This document shows positions 63,802 to 64,000 of a stretch of 64,000 nt of DNA, piece by piece. Position 1 is the first letter of the stretch; each line of letters opens with the position of its first letter. Made by a program: the position numbers and the translations under genes. A model generated the notes under the pieces. That model searched no databases. It saw nothing but the letters and a program-made list of their open reading frames with translations, and had not been told where the DNA came from. Source of the stretch: an uncultured Methanomassiliicoccus sp. (GTDB lineage: Archaea; Thermoplasmatota; Thermoplasmata; Methanomassiliicoccales; UBA472); NCBI GenBank assembly GCA_964585915.1, contig CAZPFU010000001.1, positions 119,515 through 183,514 of the forward strand, read 5' to 3'.

Positions 63802-64000
63802 GACGATCGAGGCGACCAACCTCCGCAAGTTGAAGAAGGAGCTGATGACCTGCACCTACTGCGGGTTCTGCAAGAGCGTGTGCCCCACCTTCCAGAGGGT
63901 GGGCTGGGACCCTTCCGTCGCCCGCGGACGCATGGTCCTGGCGTACGGTTTGCTGCAGAAGGAGATACCGGCCGACCCTTCCGTTCTCGAGTACCTATAC
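63794..64000 (+). CDS. HdrD/GlpC/GlcF-family Fe-S oxidoreductase; N-terminal part only (runs off the window)
   Basis: Not in the ORF track because no stop is reached. ATG at 63794 gives MSETIEATNLRKLKKELMTCTYCGFCKSVCPTFQRVGWDPSVARGRMVLAYGLL, i.e. CxxCxxCxxxCP followed by the S/V-A-R-G-R motif of this family. It overlaps the larA-like stop by 8 nt. Confidence 0.65.
   Translation, partial: MSETIEATNLRKLKKELMTCTYCGFCKSVCPTFQRVGWDPSVARGRMVLAYGLLQKEIPADPSVLEYLY

Noticed and set aside
1-64000. CRISPR arrays, tRNA/rRNA genes, transposases, integrases, prophage or defence-system genes.
   Set aside because: I saw no regularly spaced direct repeats, no cloverleaf-capable intergenic segment (gaps are short and mostly AT-rich promoter-like), and no ORF with transposase, integrase, nuclease-helicase or toxin-antitoxin hallmarks. 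The only repeats at DNA or protein level are internal to the giant surface-protein gene.

Overview
GC-rich (about 60% by eye), very gene-dense archaeal chromosome segment with about 58 protein genes. I found no rRNA, tRNA, CRISPR array, transposase or integrase. Archaeal origin is supported by a type II GAPDH, archease, a split archaeal-type glutamate synthase, an A24 preflagellin-type peptidase, AT-rich TATA-like promoters with GGAGGTGA-like Shine-Dalgarno sites, and an MGMT::endonuclease V fusion of the kind described in Ferroplasma. A Thermoplasmata or Methanomassiliicoccales-like host is my guess only. Most content is core metabolism: tdh and kbl; a siderophore/cobalamin-type ABC importer; a glutamate synthase-like cluster; proAB; ilvBC; gap and pgk; a complete Lrp-headed DapL-type lysine operon; thiL; an M24-TldD-PmbA protease operon. 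Many gene pairs are translationally coupled through ATGA-type overlaps. Best candidates for an undescribed system, in order: (1) a LuxE-LuxC-SDR-UbiA prenyltransferase operon with a convergent, overlapping radical SAM gene (33.6-39.3 kb), suggesting carboxylate reduction linked to membrane prenylation; (2) a four-gene coupled cluster (8.6-16.0 kb) of a GlcD-like flavoprotein/Fe-S fusion, two paralogous ferredoxin-FMN barrel proteins and a GATase::GXGXG fusion; (3) a LarA-family racemase overlapping an HdrD/GlpC-like Fe-S gene at the window end; (4) a 1480-aa beta-helix/Ig-repeat surface protein. All functional calls come from reading motifs in the supplied translations. No database search was run.
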